Part shown: positions 58,398 through 64,000 of the stretch, one piece after another
How positions within the stretch are numbered: position 1 is the first letter of the stretch
Layout: each line of letters opens with the position of its first letter
Assembly (NCBI GenBank): GCA_964016885.1
Contig: OZ024741.1
Span: forward strand, 152,830,001 to 152,894,000
Length of the DNA stretch: 64,000 bases
From: Eledone cirrhosa
Lineage: Eukaryota
Direction: 5' to 3'
Notes under the pieces: generated by a model
Told to the model about the DNA's origin: nothing
Databases searched by the model: none
Seen by the model: the letters and a program-made list of their open reading frames with translations, nothing else
Made by a program: the position numbers and the translations under genes

Positions 58398-60516
58398 TAT
58401 AGCGAATTACTAGTGTGTATGAATGTAACAAGGAGACGTGGTTTGTGAGTATAATATTTAATAAACAATTTGTGAATATATAGAACATTACAGTTGACAT
58501 GTCAGTGAATAGATGAAAGAATGAAACAAAGTTATTAGTTACCGCTTGGTTGCCAGGGTTACACATGCCTGAGGGAAGACTCCTGGCGAAAGCCAGGAGG
58601 CGCCTGACCGAAAAGGCGAATGAGAGGTTGAAAGCTTAACGTTGTTAGTTTTATAGGGTTCTGACCGGAAGTTACAGAAAGGGTTCTACTTCCTGTCTAG
58701 AGAGCGTTAATCTATTGGGGTTGTGAGTGTCACAACAAGGGAGGCAACTCCTGCTACATTGTTTCCCGCCAGATTTTTAAAATATAAAAATCGAATGAAA
58801 TATGTATGTAGCAAGTTGGCGAGAATGTTGTAACAGGCATGAAAATTACGAAAAAAATTAATGTTTGCAAATATCAATGATGGACATCAAGGTAGCCAAC
58901 CGCTCTTGGCCAGAGAACGACTGGACATCTATCTATCCATCACCCAAAGATACAATGTAATAATAAAGTAAGAGAAGAGCTCAAAGTTCAAATGTACAAA
59001 ATATAGTTCCCAGGTGTGCAATCACATGACAGCAGGAAAGAAAGTGTGTTCCAGAGAATGAATGCAGGTGGTTTCTGTTCTGTGGTATATCGTGAAATTT
59101 CCAACCTCCGAATGGATTTTCTCACAGGAAGAGTGCTGCAAAAATAAATTCTCTGGCTTGTTCTGCTGGTTTTGGTTGTTGATGAAGCTGTGTTGTTGTT
59201 GATGTTGTTGTCTCGCGGAGTGAGCGTATTCGGTGTTTAAATTCACAGTAAAAAAATTTTTCAGAAAAAATGAGTTGCGCAAAGTGCTAGAAATAACAGC
59301 CGAAGTTGATGGTCGATGTTGAGAATGCGTTGACCTGGAAGGGTCAAGAGGCCAGCGACCAAAGAAATAAGCATTCTGAATAAATGCGCAGTTTACAACG
59401 GCAAATTTACGTGGTAAATTTTTAAACCGGCAAATAGGAGAATATAGCTTAAGGCTGGATAATCCTTGGCGAGAAACGTTATCCCTGGCATGTGGCTATC
59501 TCAGTGAATCGAGATATCTCAGGGAATCGAGAATCCTACACGTGCCAAAACAAGGTTAAGTTGAAAAAATAATATTTCTAATGCGTGAGAAAATGGCGCG
59601 AAAATGATAGTGCAACAGGTCGTTGGCAGCCATTTTGAAAAAATGTGTGTGTGAAAGTGACAATGATGAAAAAGAAAGAAAGGCTTCACTTAGCATAACA
59701 AATATGGCGAGTTCAATTTGTTTTTGTTTTTTTATTTTTGGTGTGAACTTTGAAAAAAAACTTGAACGATGAAGAAAACGATGAAAAAAAGGCAATGATT
59801 GAGGTTCATTGGAAATAAATGTTCCTGTTGTAATGTTTTAAAAAAAAAATCAAATTTCTTTTTTTTTTTTTTTTTTTAAAGTGTTCGTTGTAAGAAACAA
59901 GAAACATATATATATATCGTGAAATGCGACAGTTAGTTGATGCGTGAGAGAAAAAGTCTGTCTGAACGCGAATTTCACATGTGCGTGGTGTGTTCGTTTC
60001 TTGGTTGCGTATTTTCATAGTTTGTCAATAAAATGTTGCTGTGTATTCGTAATGTTACTCACACAACACCAGATTCTGCTATTTTTTTCTTTTTAGGGGT
60101 CACCACTTATAACAATGAACGGCTGCGTATTCGTATCACGTCGGGGGTCTCCAATTATAGCGAATTACTAGTGTGTATGAATGTAACAAGGAGACGTGGT
60201 TTGTGTGTATAATATTTAATAAACAATGTGTGAATATATAGAACATTACAATTGACATGTCAATGAATAGATGAAAGAATGAAACAAAGTTATTAGTTAC
60301 CGCTTGGTTGCCAGGGTTACACACGCCTGGGTGAAGACTCCTGGCGAAAGCCAGGAGGCGCCTGACCGAAAAGGCGAATGAGAGGTTGGGAGCTTAACGT
60401 TGTTAGTTTTATAGGGTTCTGACCGGAAGTTACAGAAAGGGTTCTACTTCCTGTCTAGAGAGCGTTAATCTATTGGGGTTGTGAGTGTCACAACAAGGGA
60501 GGCAACTCCTGCTACA
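58398..60516 (-). mobile_element. Non-autonomous LTR retrotransposon (Gypsy, CsRn1-like by primer)
   Basis: Two 361 bp LTRs (58398-58758, 60156-60516) reading TGTAGC...GCTATA on the minus strand; tRNA-Trp PBS at 60135-60153; purine-rich tract at 58759-58770; 1.4 kb interior with no pol ORF. Confidence 0.88.
60376..60413 (-). promoter_or_regulatory. LTR core promoter (TATA + Inr)
   Basis: Minus strand TATAAAA (60413-60407) and TCATTC (60381-60376) at TATA-Inr spacing; the same arrangement is in the other LTR. Confidence 0.6.
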
Positions 60517-60931
60517 ATCATCCGTTTTCTCCCTATAGCAGACATAACCCGAGAAAACACACTATAATAAGTCTGATAAACAATCAGAAGTGTTGGCCCT
60601 AAAGAGGACCTTGTAATGTTCACTGTTGCAAAGTGTCAATAATGGGGGAGAAGTTACATCATCTTAATTCAGGTTAATCTTCCCACAATCCGTCACCTCG
60701 AAATATCAACAAAATAAATTCTACTCTCAAAGACGGCATGTTACAATTAACATGCCGGGAGTACGAATATTCGTCAACATACGATTTGGGTTTTATTCTT
60801 CAGACTAATCTCATGGTTAACCAGCTTCCAGGTCATTGATCATCACACTTTTTTGTAACTTATCACCGATTCCTGCAGTTGACCTTAATGTGACCTAAGC
60901 GTGTGCACGTATTCAGAATCCATATCAGTGG

Positions 60932-61009
<78 letters not shown>

Positions 61010-61994
61010 GACATCTTTTCAGTCGTCAACCAAAATTAGATTGTCGTCTGCTTTGTTTGACATTTCTTTATGTATATTTCTAATAAGTTGTTGCCTTGGT
61101 TTGGAGGACTGAGATGTGGAAGGAGGAAGGGGAGTAGTGGGAGGGAGGGTTTAACATACAGTACTAGTAACTCCTCTTCCTCATTTCTCACTGAAACGTC
61201 TTCTCTTTCCTCCTCCATTGTAAAGATGTACCCAGGGGTTCCATTATTGATTTTTATTGAACATGTGTGTAAAGTTTTATCAAGATCGGATCAGAGGTGT
61301 AGGCGCCAACTGGTTACACACAGACAGACAAAAATTGCCATTTATATAGTAGATGTATACAACAGGAAAAAGAATAAATTTTAGTAACTAAATAAGAAAA
61401 AATCGAAGGTTTTTTTATTATTATTATGGCTGATTTTCCGCAGAAAATGTTTTTAATACGAAAATATTTTTAAAATACAAAATTTATTTATAAATTTTTT
61501 TTTAAATCTATTTTATTAGAATATGTATTGTAATTGTAACAAAAATAGAGTAGATGCCACTGAGTTACTTGTGCCAAAACAACAAGTTACAGACAGAATA
61601 TATATATATAGAGACGTTTATGCAGACCTGTCAACTCTCCCGGTCCGACGGGGAGATCTCCCACCCACTTTCGGGTGGGTGAGAGATGTCTTCTCTTGTG
61701 GAAATAAGTATAGCTTTCATTGTGTAAAATATCCCCACTTTACCTCATTTCTCCCCGTTTTGGGGGCACTTTTTTCATGGTACTACATCCCGTTTGGGTT
61801 TTTAGAGGTTGGCAGTTCTGGTTTATGCATGGACTCGTAAGTCCTGGTGGAGTCGTGAGGGCGCAGTCATGGCCTATCTTGTGCACTTTTAACTTTTCGG
61901 AGCCCATCCTCTCTCCAGATCTAATTATTCTGCCGAATTATTCTGGAGAAGGAGAGAGAAAGTGTGCGGTAGAGAGGAAGTGAGAAAGAGATTT

Positions 61995-62460
61995 AGAGTC
62001 AGAATCGATCCCAGTACTGAAATGGTACTTCTTTTATCCAGCTCGAAAGGTTGAAATTTGAACTCAGAGTTGGCAGAGAGCCGAAACGAATACCACATAG
62101 CATTCTAACCAATGTTCTAACGATTCTGCCATACAGGCTGATTGCTTTATAGGACGACGAATGTAGTAGTACATATTTATACCACTTTATGTTTATCGAA
62201 GTCAACTTTGCCTTTCATTCTTCCGGGAACGATTTAATCAGCTTTTTCCCCCACTACACAAATTACTGGCATTGTACCTAAATTAAAAACCATTAATATA
62301 TATATACATGTATGAATGCAGGAATGGCCGAATGGTTAAGAGGTTTGCTTCTAGGTTCGGTTCCACTGGCTGGAATCTTTAGCAAGAGTTTTTTGCTATA
62401 GTTTTGACCCATGCTTTGTGAGTGAAATTGTGTAGGTGGAAACTGTACGGAAGTCGGTTG
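61995..62460. mobile_element. Cluster of diverged SINEs
   Basis: Meta-core fragments at 62000-62130 (-) and 62195-62295 (+); a tRNA-head SINE starts at 62320 (+). Confidence 0.6.
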
Positions 62461-62609
62461 GGTTGTACCTGTAATTCAAACGTCCAGCCTTGTCACATAT
62501 TGTTTAATGTTGATTCGGTTTGAAAATTACATTAAGGGCACACGTGTTTAGGGAATACTCAACTACTTTTCATCTAATTATTATTATTGAGAACCCATTA
62601 TTTTGAGTT

Positions 62610-62693
<84 letters not shown>

Positions 62694-62694
<1 letters not shown>

Positions 62695-63341
62695 TAGCCG
62701 AATTACCCTCGCCTTGCTGCGTTTCACATTTTTTTGTAAGAAAATGATGATTGATTTTAAATCAGTGATATAATTTATGGAGAAAAACTCCATTAGGGTG
62801 TCTTAATATTATTGAAATTTGCTGTAATTTTGTGAATAGGCATCATATCTTGTTATTTACCTATGGTTTAAATTTCATATAAATCGACTGGAAACATTTT
62901 TCAGCGGGGTTTGTGTCGCCGGAGAACCCTTTGATTAAAATGAAATATACTTATCCAAGTACCCTGTGCAATGTAGTTTCAGAATATATATATGGTTATG
63001 GGGGTCTATCTCCAAAAGCAAAGAAACAGATAGGAATTACAATTTCATATATATTCTTAAGCGCCATTAAGGTGTCTTAATATTATTGAAATATCCTGAA
63101 ATTGTGTGAATAGGCATCATATCTTATCATTTACCTATGGTTTGAATTTCATATAAATTGAGGTTAAAAAATTTTCGGCGGAGGTTTGTGCCCCCGGGGA
63201 ACCCCTTGATTAAAATGAAATATACTTATCCAAGTACCCTGGACAATGTAGTTTCAGAATATATATGGTTATGGGGGTCTATCTCCAAAACCATAGGAGG
63301 AGTGCGTGGACAAACAGACAAACAAACAGACAGGAACTACA

Positions 63342-63350
<9 letters not shown>
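62694..63350 (-). mobile_element. Non-autonomous Helitron with ~275 bp internal tandem duplication
   Basis: aCTAG end at 62694; 62790-63055 is repeated at 63065-63347; ACAGACAAAC motif near the other end, as at 61320. Confidence 0.6.
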
Positions 63351-63427
<77 letters not shown>

Positions 63428-63884
63428 TTGATTCACTCTATAAAACAATTTTTGTGTAAATTTATAGAACACCCTTCTCGATTTCAGTGGGAATTAATTT
63501 TTTTCCTCGTTTGTGTGTGTGTCTGTTATCAACTAATCTGGCCTTCAACATACTCACAATTGACTATTTTCCCCGTTAAACGGAGCGGGATTGGTCCCCG
63601 TTCCTGGATCACCCGCCATCCCCGGAGTTTTCTCTACCATTATTTTTTACGCGGGTTATCAACGAATGTGACCTCTAAACCTGTTGTAAATGATTAACTT
63701 CGTAAAAAAAGGAGGAGGAAAAGGACATCAAAATTTCGCAGAAATACACGACTCCCGCGTTTGGTAGGAAATAATTATTTTCCTTCGATTTTGTCGTATG
63801 ATAGCATCTAAACTCACCTCCGAACCATCCGTAAAAATCTTTTTTCCCGGAAAACTGAAGGTGTTCTCCCCACCCCCGGATCAC

Positions 63885-64000
63885 GCTAACCTTAATTATA
63901 ACCTTATCCTTAACCCTAATCCTGTCGCTAACCCTAACCCTAACTCTAGCCCTAACCTAACCCACCCTAATCATAACTGTTATCCTAACACAAACCCGAA
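63885..64000. repeat. Degenerate (CCCTAA)-like repeat
   Basis: ctaaccctaaccctaactctagccctaacctaaccc. Confidence 0.7.

Larger units (their letters stand above)
57946..61353 (-). mobile_element. Non-autonomous Helitron hosting an LTR element
   Basis: Minus strand: A|TC 5' end at 61353, CCCGG/CCGGG hairpin at 57958-57973, and CTAG|T 3' end at 57946. Pairing of the two ends is inferred. Confidence 0.6.

Noticed and set aside
58580-58625. HDV-like ribozyme suggested by GGCGAATG in the LTR
   Set aside because: It is antisense to the LTR transcript, and P1/P2/P3 pairings could not be built.
60117-60153. tRNA-Trp gene
   Set aside because: Only the 3' half with encoded CCA is present, abutting an LTR, so it is a primer-binding-site derivative.

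Overview
AT-rich eukaryotic DNA, most likely cephalopod (Octopus-like SINE and LINE repertoire; this is an inference). No host protein-coding exon is supportable, and almost all short ORFs are microsatellite artefacts. The window is a dense nest of mobile elements embedded in (TA)n, (TACA)n and (CA)n arrays. It holds two large Penelope-like elements (PLEs) with 5' inverted pLTRs (one Naiad-type, one Neptune-like) plus PLE relics, and R4/Dong-type RLE LINEs inserted in (TACA)n. Also present are RTE, CR1/L2 and L1/Tx1 LINEs, a bipartite non-autonomous RTE in 5 copies, many tRNA-derived SINEs, non-autonomous Helitrons, a non-autonomous tRNA-Trp-primed LTR element and a MITE. The standout signal is about 15 type-I hammerhead ribozyme (HHR) motifs from roughly a dozen unrelated non-coding families. 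They are retrozyme-like or PLE-pLTR-like, sit in (TA)n and often have fold-back 5' ends. They include U3-A8 covariant cores and an apparent 8-nt core (YUGA-NN-RA) seen in both C-G and U-A forms. The LTR element also carries an over-long tRNA-Trp copy mismatched exactly at the m1A58 position. All RNA folds were read by eye and none were computed.
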